NCBI GenBank assembly: GCA_944381455.1
Contig: CALWLF010000057.1
Span: 15,461-79,460, forward strand
Direction of reading: 5' to 3'
DNA: 64,000 nucleotides
DNA from: an uncultured Clostridia bacterium
Lineage (GTDB): Bacteria > Bacillota > Clostridia > Lachnospirales > Anaerotignaceae
Shown here piece by piece: positions 50,379-57,587 of the stretch; the first letter of the stretch is position 1, and the number at the start of each line of letters is the position of its first letter. The notes under the pieces are model-generated. The model ran no database searches, was not told where the DNA came from, and saw only the letters and a program-made list of their open reading frames with translations. The translations under genes were made by a program, and so were the position numbers.

Positions 50379-51077
50379 ATGAATATGACAGATGTATCTG
50401 CATTGGAGACAAAGATCGGCTATTCCTTTCAAAACAAGGACTTGTTGACTTTGGCTCTTACCCATAGTTCCTATGCCAATGAACATAAGCTGGGCCGGCT
50501 TTGTTATAATGAGCGGCTGGAGTTTTTGGGCGATGCAGCGCTGGAACTGGTAATCAGTAAATTTATTTATCACCGTTTTACCCAGATGCCGGAAGGAGAG
50601 CTGACCAAATTGCGGGCCAGCGTGGTCTGTGAAGGCTCCTTGGCAGCAAAGGCGAAGGAAGTGTCGCTGGGAAATTTTTTGCGATTGGGTAAGGGTGAGG
50701 AGGCCACAGGCGGGCGCAAGAGAGAATCGGTGCTGGCGGATGCCTTTGAGGCGCTCATCGGCGCTGTGCTGCTGGATGGCGGCATGGAGGCCGTGGAAAA
50801 TTACATTTTGCGCTTGATGACCGATGTGGTGGAAGAAAAGAAACTGCATTTTCGTGATATGGATTATAAAACGAAGCTGCAGGAAGTGATCCAAAAAAAC
50901 AGTAAAATACCGCTGGTCTATGAAATTGTTGGGGAAGAGGGGCCGGACCATGGCAAGGAGTTTTTTGCAACGGTGACCCATGACAAACAGTTGCTGGGCA
51001 GCGGAAAAGGGCACAGTAAAAAAGAGGCAGAGCAAAATGCAGCCAAAGCGGCGCTTGGTGCAATGTCTTTGGCGTGA
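50379..51077 (+). CDS. rnc: Ribonuclease III
   Basis: NERLEFLGDA signature plus a C-terminal dsRBD. Confidence 0.95.
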   Translation: MNMTDVSALETKIGYSFQNKDLLTLALTHSSYANEHKLGRLCYNERLEFLGDAALELVISKFIYHRFTQMPEGELTKLRASVVCEGSLAAKAKEVSLGNFLRLGKGEEATGGRKRESVLADAFEALIGAVLLDGGMEAVENYILRLMTDVVEEKKLHFRDMDYKTKLQEVIQKNSKIPLVYEIVGEEGPDHGKEFFATVTHDKQLLGSGKGHSKKEAEQNAAKAALGAMSLA

Positions 51078-51093
51078 CGGGGGGGGACAGAGG

Positions 51094-51987
51094 TTGAAGG
51101 CAAGATATATCACACCGGCAGTTACGATTTTTGATGCACAAGGAAAAGTGGATGCAGCAGGCAACTGCCGTCTGTATGACCATTTGATTGAAGGCGGTAT
51201 CGACGGGATTGTCATTATGGGCAGCACGGGCGAGTTTTGTTTTATGACAATGGAAGAAATCAAGCGCTTGATTGATGTGTTTTTAGCGCACTGCAAAGGC
51301 CGCACCAAAGCCTATGTGGGTGTAAGCCGCATGATTGCAGAAGAAACCATTGCCTTGGGAAATTATGCCATGGAAAAAGGCGCCGATGGTGTGATGATTA
51401 TCAGCCCCTACTATTTTCAACTGCCAGATGATAGTTTACTGCAATATTTTCAGCAGGTGGCTAACGGCATTGCTGGCCCGATTTACTTATATAACTATCC
51501 AGAAATTACAGGTCATGGCTTGAAGCCGGAAGTGGTTTTGGAGCTGGCGCAAAGACATGAAAACATTGTAGGTATCAAAGATACCACAGCACTGTTTCCC
51601 CATACGAGGGATTTGATCAATTTGGTGCTTCCGGTGCGGCCTGATTTTCAGATATACAATGGCTATGACGAATATTTTGGGCATGTGGCTATGTCTGGCG
51701 GCGCTGGTGTCATTGGGGGATTGTCGAACCTGATTCCAGAAGTATTTGCTCAGTGGGTAGCGGCTGTCAATGAAGGCAATTTTGCCGCAGCCTGTGCCTG
51801 CCAGCAAAAAGTCAACTGTGCTATGAAGCTGTATCAAATTGGTGCGCCCTATATTCCCATCATGAAACGGGCGCTGAATTTATGCGGGCTTTCTCTTTCG
51901 GAAACGGTGCAGCCGCCGCTTATCCCCTGCACCAAAGAGCAGGAAGAACGGCTGGTGGCTTTGATGCATGAATTAGAATTATGTTAA
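51094..51987 (+). CDS. DapA/NAL-family class I aldolase (dihydrodipicolinate synthase family)
   Basis: GSTGE, ISPYY and GIKDT (Schiff-base Lys) motifs. Start set to TTG 51094, just after a G8 tract; the start is uncertain. Confidence 0.8.
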   Translation: MKARYITPAVTIFDAQGKVDAAGNCRLYDHLIEGGIDGIVIMGSTGEFCFMTMEEIKRLIDVFLAHCKGRTKAYVGVSRMIAEETIALGNYAMEKGADGVMIISPYYFQLPDDSLLQYFQQVANGIAGPIYLYNYPEITGHGLKPEVVLELAQRHENIVGIKDTTALFPHTRDLINLVLPVRPDFQIYNGYDEYFGHVAMSGGAGVIGGLSNLIPEVFAQWVAAVNEGNFAAACACQQKVNCAMKLYQIGAPYIPIMKRALNLCGLSLSETVQPPLIPCTKEQEERLVALMHELELC

Positions 51988-52033
51988 AAAAAGAATGTGC
52001 TTGGAAGAGTCCAGGCACATTCTTTTTCTTTTT
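51986..52033. terminator. Bidirectional terminator
   Basis: 12-bp stem gaatgtgcttgg/ccaggcacattc flanked by an A-run and a T-run. Confidence 0.65.
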
Positions 52034-52066
52034 GTGGAAAAAACACTGGATGGGCGGCAAAACAGC

Positions 52067-52831
52067 TTAGCGGAAGGATGGGGTGCGTTTTTGGAAAAAG
52101 GCATCCATGGCTTCTCGATAATTGGCCGTTTCTGTCAGGTCGGCAAAAGACTGGGTTTCTAGAGCCAGGCTTTCTTCCAAAGAGCAGGCGGCAGCATGGC
52201 GCACGGCCTGGGTTGTGGCCCGGACAGCTTCTGGCGCGCTGTTTGCAATGGTCATACAAAACTGTCGGGCTTCTTCCAACAGCTGCTGCTGGGGCACCAC
52301 ACGCTGCACCAGCCCCAGATGCAACGCCTCTTGCGCCGTTATCCGGCGGCCGGTGATGAGCAGATCAAAGGCATTGGCCTTGCCAATGGCCTGCACCAAG
52401 CGATGGATGACGCCGTCTGCCGGCAAAAGCCCCAGGCGCAGGCTGGGCAGGCTTAGTTTGGCAGAATCGGCCGCCCACACAAAGTCGCTGGCCAATGCCA
52501 TGGTAACGCCGCCGCCCAAGGTATAGCCATGGATGGCGCATACCACCGGCACAGGGCAGGAGGCAATGGCATCCATCACCTGCTGCTCCTGCCGGCAGAA
52601 ATCTACGGCCGTCTGGGCAGTCAGCTGGCTTTCTGCCTTCACATCTCCGCCGGCGCAGAAGGCCTTTTCACCGGCGCCGGAAAGCAGCACAACGGCAATG
52701 GTGCTGTCTGTCTGCGGCAGCGATAATGCCTCCACCAACTGCTGCTGCATGGGGGCAGATAAGGCATTTAAACTTTGGGGCTGATTGAGGGTAATATGAA
52801 GCAGGTTGTCTTGTTGGCAAATGGTAATCAT
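52067..52831 (-). CDS. Enoyl-CoA hydratase/isomerase (crotonase) family protein
   Basis: Crotonase fold with AFCAGGD and GGG oxyanion-hole segments. Confidence 0.88.
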   Translation of the reverse strand: MITICQQDNLLHITLNQPQSLNALSAPMQQQLVEALSLPQTDSTIAVVLLSGAGEKAFCAGGDVKAESQLTAQTAVDFCRQEQQVMDAIASCPVPVVCAIHGYTLGGGVTMALASDFVWAADSAKLSLPSLRLGLLPADGVIHRLVQAIGKANAFDLLITGRRITAQEALHLGLVQRVVPQQQLLEEARQFCMTIANSAPEAVRATTQAVRHAAACSLEESLALETQSFADLTETANYREAMDAFFQKRTPSFR

Positions 52832-53115
52832 GAAGGTTCTCCTTTCTCTTCTTCCGGCGCAATGACGTCAATGCGGAAGATTTGCAAAACGTCCGCATCG
52901 GGGCAGGAAAATAATAGCTCGCCTTTGTCATTGGCCGGCAGTGTGCCGCCATAGCGGAGAATATCCACATATGGAAAGGCAACGTGACAGGCCATGGGAC
53001 AAAGCTGCCCACGCTGGGTGTCAAAATCAAAGGAATCCCCAATCCGGTGGCCATGATGGCAGCCTTTGGGGCCACGTTTATCGACGATGGTAAGTCGAAT
53101 GGCTGGTTTTTTCAT
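52828..53115 (-). CDS. TIGR04076-like small Cys/His-rich protein (95 aa)
   Basis: MKKPAIRLTIVDKRGPKGCHHGH...CPMACHVAFPYVDILRYGG...FSCPDADVLQIFRIDVI matches the family architecture as I remember it. AGGAG RBS. ATGA overlap with the crotonase start. Confidence 0.75.
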   Translation of the reverse strand: MKKPAIRLTIVDKRGPKGCHHGHRIGDSFDFDTQRGQLCPMACHVAFPYVDILRYGGTLPANDKGELLFSCPDADVLQIFRIDVIAPEEEKGEPS

Positions 53116-53206
53116 CGGCAACACACTCCTTTTACTTATGATACCAAATAGTGCGGCAAAAAGCCGTTGTTTTTCTAACAAATCAAGGAAAATGGAACAA
53201 AAATGG

Positions 53207-53247
53207 AAAAAGAGCAGCAATCTATTTCCCAAGATTTCTGCTCTTTT
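53207..53247. terminator. Putative terminator after the CsoR-family gene
   Basis: aaaagagcag-N20-ctgctctttt with A and T flanks. The loop is large, so confidence is moderate. Confidence 0.45.
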
Positions 53248-53332
53248 GCAACTGCTTTGGTTTCCGTGGACTGTGGGATATCTGGCCAAACAAACTGGAA
53301 AACATCCAATAGCGGAGCAAAGCAACACGTTC

Positions 53333-53719
53333 TCAACGGATGAATTTATCAATGGCATCATTCAAACTGGAAAGCGCCAGTTGCTGAACAGCAGGATCTT
53401 CTCCGCTATTGGCGTGTATGACACATTCGTTAATGTGGTTTTTTAAAATCAGTTTCCCCAAATTGTTCAAGGAGGATTGCACAGCCGATATTTGAATGAG
53501 AATTTCTGTACAGTCCCGCTGTTCTTCCAGCATTTTTTTGATGGAGGTGGCATGGCCGATGATGATGGAAGTGCGGTGAATCAGCTTCTTATATTCCTCT
53601 GGTGAATGGGCGTGGGCATGGACTGTTCCATCTTCATGGATATGCATACGGAAATCATCAGATGCTTCTGGGGCAGCCGTGACAGGACTAGGCGTCGCCT
53701 TTTTTTTCTGATTACTCAT
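53333..53719 (-). CDS. CsoR/RcnR-family metal-sensing repressor with His-rich N-terminal extension
   Basis: The core IIIGHATSIKKMLEEQRDCTEILIQISAVQSSL...LKNHINEC aligns with CsoR/RcnR. The N-terminus contains MHIHEDGTVHAHAH. Start ATG 53719 has a GGGAGGTG RBS. Confidence 0.85.
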   Translation of the reverse strand: MSNQKKKATPSPVTAAPEASDDFRMHIHEDGTVHAHAHSPEEYKKLIHRTSIIIGHATSIKKMLEEQRDCTEILIQISAVQSSLNNLGKLILKNHINECVIHANSGEDPAVQQLALSSLNDAIDKFIR

Positions 53720-53750
53720 TGAAAACACCTCCCTTTTTGTTTACTATTAT

Positions 53751-53779
53751 ATCATAACGAATTTAAATTATTTTTTCAA
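53751..53779 (-). promoter_or_regulatory. Promoter-like TTGAAA-17-TATGAT for the CsoR-family gene
   Basis: Read on the minus strand, with a 17-nt spacer. Confidence 0.45.
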
Positions 53780-53792
53780 GTGGTTTTCAAAA

Positions 53793-53814
53793 ATAGTCCT
53801 GGGGGTGGGGATAT
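53793..53814. promoter_or_regulatory. Degenerate CsoR-type box overlapping the M20 RBS and start codon
   Basis: atagtcctgggggtggggatat. The minus strand reads ATATCCCCACCCCCAGGACTAT and shares the ATATCCCC half-site with the 54913 palindrome. Confidence 0.3.
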
Positions 53815-54829
53815 GGAACGGCTCATGGCATATCTGATTCGGCTGATGGAATATAATACAACAAGCGATACGGGAAACGAGGCAGCCTGTGCGGCGTTTA
53901 TAGAGCAGACACTGAGGCAATATGGCATAAAAACAAAAATTTGGACCAAGGGGAACCAGCACAGCTCTTTGGCGGCGTGGATTCCTGGCAGGCAGAAAAA
54001 AACGCTGGTGCTCCATGGACACATAGACACAGCGCCATACGGGGATCGGGCAGGATGGCTGTTTCCGCCAGAGCGCCCCAGCAGAAAAAACGGCTGTCTT
54101 TGCGGTCGAGGTGCGCTGGACTGTAAAAGCCAGGTGGCCGTTTGGATGAAGCTGATGATAGAAATACAATGTTCTGGCCAAGTTCCCGAACGGTCAGTGC
54201 TGTTTTTGGCCACTGGCGATGAGGAAAACGGCGGAGAAAATGGACTTTCTTATGTTATAGAGCAGTCGGACTGCCTGGATCATAGTTTTTTAGTGTTGGG
54301 CGAAGGCGGCGGGTTTCCTTTTCCCTTTCAGGATCAACTGTTTTATACGTTTCAGACGGGAGAGCGGACTGATGAATGGACTGCTGCTCCGGAAGAAGAA
54401 AATCCCGTGGAGATACTGGAGGAGGGTATCCGCAAGGGGTATTACAGCGAGGAGGTAAAAGCGTATTTTTCTTACGATTTGAGTGCACAGGGACGCCGGT
54501 TAGAGATGGAGCCGCTCTATCGGGGGATGGGGAAAAATTTTTCATCCATGCCGGATACTGCTGTTTTTTCTCAGTATGGTCCAGTGTTTCAAAGGGCGCT
54601 TTCGGCTTTTGTGCCAGAGGCAAAACTGATGCCTGTGATTACGCCGGGTTTCAGCGACAACCGCTATTTTCGCGGCCTTGGCATCCCTACCATCGGCTTT
54701 TTTCCGCTGGATAGAAAAAACCATTTAAGTGGAATTCACGGCAAAAATGAGTATATCAGTGAGCAGTCACTTTCTCTGGCGGACAAGGTGCTCGGTTGTG
54801 CAGTCAATGAGTTAATTTTAACTAAGTAA
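53813..54829 (+). CDS. M20-family metallopeptidase/deacylase
   Basis: HGHIDT, GRGALDCK and GDEENGG metal and catalytic motifs. Start reset to ATG 53813. Confidence 0.8.
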   Translation: MERLMAYLIRLMEYNTTSDTGNEAACAAFIEQTLRQYGIKTKIWTKGNQHSSLAAWIPGRQKKTLVLHGHIDTAPYGDRAGWLFPPERPSRKNGCLCGRGALDCKSQVAVWMKLMIEIQCSGQVPERSVLFLATGDEENGGENGLSYVIEQSDCLDHSFLVLGEGGGFPFPFQDQLFYTFQTGERTDEWTAAPEEENPVEILEEGIRKGYYSEEVKAYFSYDLSAQGRRLEMEPLYRGMGKNFSSMPDTAVFSQYGPVFQRALSAFVPEAKLMPVITPGFSDNRYFRGLGIPTIGFFPLDRKNHLSGIHGKNEYISEQSLSLADKVLGCAVNELILTK

Positions 54830-54867
54830 AAAAATTTCATTTTTATGAAAAAAATTTGATTTTCATA

Positions 54868-54896
54868 TTGACAGAAGAGAAAAAGAGTGCTATATT
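54868..54896 (+). promoter_or_regulatory. Sigma-A-like promoter TTGACA-17-TGcTATATT upstream of the P-type ATPase
   Basis: Exact -35, 17-nt spacer and extended -10. Confidence 0.65.
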
Positions 54897-54912
54897 CAGC
54901 TCATAAAAAGAA

Positions 54913-54931
54913 TATCCCCTACGGGGGGATA
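54913..54931. promoter_or_regulatory. CsoR-family-type operator palindrome TATCCCC-TAC-GGGGGGATA
   Basis: AT-rich arms flank a C-tract and a G-tract. It sits about 17 nt downstream of the -10, between the promoter and the ATPase start. Confidence 0.6.
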
Positions 54932-55004
54932 AGGACTAATCCAAAAGGAGGGACATCAGGCAGTTGCAGATGGAGGATAGGATGAGTTGAAGGAGGCATG
55001 ACTT

Positions 55005-56933
55005 ATGGGGAAAAAGGATTCTGGTATTAACTTTAGCATGGTTGCATACCCGGCAGCTTGTTTGATTACAATTTTGCTTGGTGCGTTTTTCGATTTTGCA
55101 ATCCCGGGAACGCTCCCGTTCCGCTTCTCCATTATTCCTTTGGTGCTCAACGGCGGCAAATGTGTGATTGATGCCGTGCAGGCAACCATCACAAAACGGA
55201 AGATTACGGCCGGGATGCTGGTGGTATTGGCTCTGATTGGCTGTACCTATGTAGGAGAATATCTCTCCGGCGCCATCACTGCTTTTATGATGATCATTGG
55301 CGAAGTGTTGGAAGACTTTACTATGCTGAAAACGAAAAATGCCGTCAGCGAATTGGTAAAACTGGTTCCAACCACCTGCCGCAAACTGGTTAACGGCCAG
55401 TTCCAGCAAGTATCCATTAAAGAAGTAAGAAAAGGCGATATCATCCAGGTGCAGGCCGGTGAAAAAATCGCCGTTGACGGTGTCATCACCAAGGGCCAGG
55501 CCGCCATCAATGAAGCAGCCATCACCGGTGAATCGATGCCAGTGGATAAAAAAGTAGACGATAAGGTATTTGTTGGTACGTTAAATGAAAACGGCGTCAT
55601 TGAAATTCGGACTGAAAAACTGGGCGGCGACACGGTGCTTGGTAACATCATCAAGACCGTCAAAGCAGCACAGGATAACAAAGGCAATGCTCAGAAAGTT
55701 GCTGACAAATTCTCGGAATTTTTCCTTCCTGTTATTTTGATCATTGCGGCAATCGTATGGTTTGTTACCGGCGAAATCCTCCGCGTGATGACCGTTTTGG
55801 TTATTGCTTGTCCTTGCGCCCTGGTGCTGGCAACGCCAACCGTTGTGATTGCAGCCGTTGGTAACGCAGCAAAGAAAGGCGTTTTGATCAAAGGCGGCGA
55901 CGCCATCGAAAGCGCAGCCAAAGTAACCACCATTTGCTTTGACAAAACGGGTACCATCACAAAAGGAACGCCGCAGGTGGTTTCCACCTTCATTATGGAC
56001 GGTGTAGACAAGAACGAATACTATAAAACCATTGCTATGGTGGAAAAGAACTCCAGCCACCCCATTGGCAAGGCCATCATGAAAAACTTGACGGCAAACA
56101 AATATGTCAATACGGCAGATGTGCCCAATGCGGAATTTGAGATGCTCTTTGGTCGTGGTGTTCGCGCTACTTTGGATGAAAACACCTATGAAGTATCCAA
56201 CAAGAAATGCCTGGCCGATTTGAAAAATGTGCCGGCAAAAATCCAAAGCTATATCAAAAAAGAAGAATCTTTGGGCCGTACCACCATGGTGGTTATTGAA
56301 AACGGCAACGTATTGGGCGGTATTGCAGTAGCCGATACCATCCGCGAAAACGTAAGAGAAACGGTAGAAGAATTCAAGAAACTGGGTGTCAAACATGTGG
56401 TTATGCTGACAGGCGATAATGAATTTACGGCAAAAGCCATCTGTGATGAAGCGGGTATTACAGAATTTCGTGCCAACTTGCTGCCGGAAGACAAATTGGA
56501 AGCCATCCGCCGTTTCAAAGAACAGGGCGAAGTGGTTGCCATGGTTGGCGATGGCGTTAACGACGCACCGGCTCTGGCCCTTGCCGATGTTGGGATCGCC
56601 ATGGGTGCTGTGGGTACTGACGTTGCAGCCGAAGCTTCTAACATCACTTTGATGAGTGATAACATTGGGATGCTGCCATCCACCTTGGCCATCTGCCAGA
56701 AATCTTATGCAATGATTAAACAGAACATCATCGTCTTTGCGGTGTTTGTCAACATCGCCGGTGTGGCGCTGTCCAGCTTGGGCTTCTTAAACCCAATCGC
56801 CGCCGCTTTGGTTCACAATGCATCTTCCATCTTCGTTGTGCTGAACTCCTCCAGAATGTTGTCCTGGAAATATAAAGGCAATGACACTGCCACCATCAAA
56901 CAGGTGCCAAAACAACAAAGACGTGCAGCCTGA
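55005..56933 (+). CDS. P1B-type heavy-metal-translocating ATPase without an N-terminal metal-binding domain
   Basis: TGES, CPC in TM6, DKTGTIT and GDGVNDAPAL. There is no GMxCxxC/HMA segment before TM1. GAAGGAGG RBS. Confidence 0.93.
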   Translation: MGKKDSGINFSMVAYPAACLITILLGAFFDFAIPGTLPFRFSIIPLVLNGGKCVIDAVQATITKRKITAGMLVVLALIGCTYVGEYLSGAITAFMMIIGEVLEDFTMLKTKNAVSELVKLVPTTCRKLVNGQFQQVSIKEVRKGDIIQVQAGEKIAVDGVITKGQAAINEAAITGESMPVDKKVDDKVFVGTLNENGVIEIRTEKLGGDTVLGNIIKTVKAAQDNKGNAQKVADKFSEFFLPVILIIAAIVWFVTGEILRVMTVLVIACPCALVLATPTVVIAAVGNAAKKGVLIKGGDAIESAAKVTTICFDKTGTITKGTPQVVSTFIMDGVDKNEYYKTIAMVEKNSSHPIGKAIMKNLTANKYVNTADVPNAEFEMLFGRGVRATLDENTYEVSNKKCLADLKNVPAKIQSYIKKEESLGRTTMVVIENGNVLGGIAVADTIRENVRETVEEFKKLGVKHVVMLTGDNEFTAKAICDEAGITEFRANLLPEDKLEAIRRFKEQGEVVAMVGDGVNDAPALALADVGIAMGAVGTDVAAEASNITLMSDNIGMLPSTLAICQKSYAMIKQNIIVFAVFVNIAGVALSSLGFLNPIAAALVHNASSIFVVLNSSRMLSWKYKGNDTATIKQVPKQQRRAA

Positions 56934-56965
56934 TATGAGAAGAGACAGAAAGCGAGGCGACCAAT

Positions 56966-57112
56966 ATGCATGAAGGAAAACATGGTATTTTAGATGGTTT
57001 GGAAGACATGGATGAATTGTTTGGCTTGGAAGAAGAGCATGAGGCAGAAAAAGAAACAGAGCCAAAGAAGAAAAAATCCTTTTTAGGATTTGGCAAAAAG
57101 CAGGAGAAGTGA
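56966..57112 (+). CDS. Small MHE-peptide, copy 1 (48 aa, not in ORF track)
   Basis: MHEGKHGILDGLEDMDELFGLEEEHEAEKETEPKKKKSFLGFGKKQEK. GAGGCG-N6-ATG RBS. It has a protein-level paralog at 58316 that differs only synonymously in the conserved blocks. Confidence 0.7.
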   Translation: MHEGKHGILDGLEDMDELFGLEEEHEAEKETEPKKKKSFLGFGKKQEK

Positions 57113-57133
57113 TTGCATAGTAGCTTTCTCAAA

Positions 57134-57185
57134 ATAGAACAAAACCGCGTATCCATGGAAAATGAGGTATGCGGTTTTGTTCTAT
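57134..57185 (+). terminator. Hairpin terminator after MHE-peptide 1
   Basis: Perfect 15-bp stem atagaacaaaaccgc/gcggttttgttctat. There is no clear T-run. Confidence 0.55.
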
Positions 57186-57494
57186 CCAAAGGGAAAAAAC
57201 AATGCACGAAATGTGGAAAAAAATGTTTGTTATTTGACTCTAACCTTCGACTGCCGGTTGTCTTCCTCTTATTGTAATTAGTTTATTTTAACTAACTTAC
57301 AGTCCTATTTTTTGGTTAAAACAACAGAATAAATCTAGTTACAAGACAAAAAATCAATTGTGTATTTTTACTGAACAAAATAAATAAAATGTATTGTTTT
57401 ATGGCTGTTTTATTTTTTGATTATTCGAAATAACGTATTATTTGGAAAGTAGCACATAAAAACAAAAAAATTAAAACTTTTTTCATGAAAATTA

Positions 57495-57523
57495 TTTACA
57501 ATTCTGAAGAAACGTGATAAGAT
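57495..57523 (+). promoter_or_regulatory. Promoter-like TTTACA-17-TGaTAAGAT
   Basis: 17-nt spacer and extended -10, at the end of the AT-rich region upstream of the 224-aa ORF. Confidence 0.5.
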
Positions 57524-57587
57524 GATAACCGTGGTAAGGATATACAAAAAAGGCAAACCGATGGATCAAAAGAGGGGGATGAAAAGT

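Noticed and set aside
53066-53446. 126-aa plus-strand ORF spanning the gap between the TIGR04076-like and CsoR-family genes.
   Set aside because: It overlaps both minus-strand genes, has no usable RBS, and crosses the hairpin terminator at 53207-53247. The translation has no recognisable features.
54913-55004. NiCo (czcD-type) riboswitch in the ATPase leader.
   Set aside because: The leader is only about 100 nt. Beyond the palindrome hairpin I could not draw the four-way junction or recognise the conserved core. A covariance-model scan (Rfam NiCo) would settle it, but nothing visible supports it.
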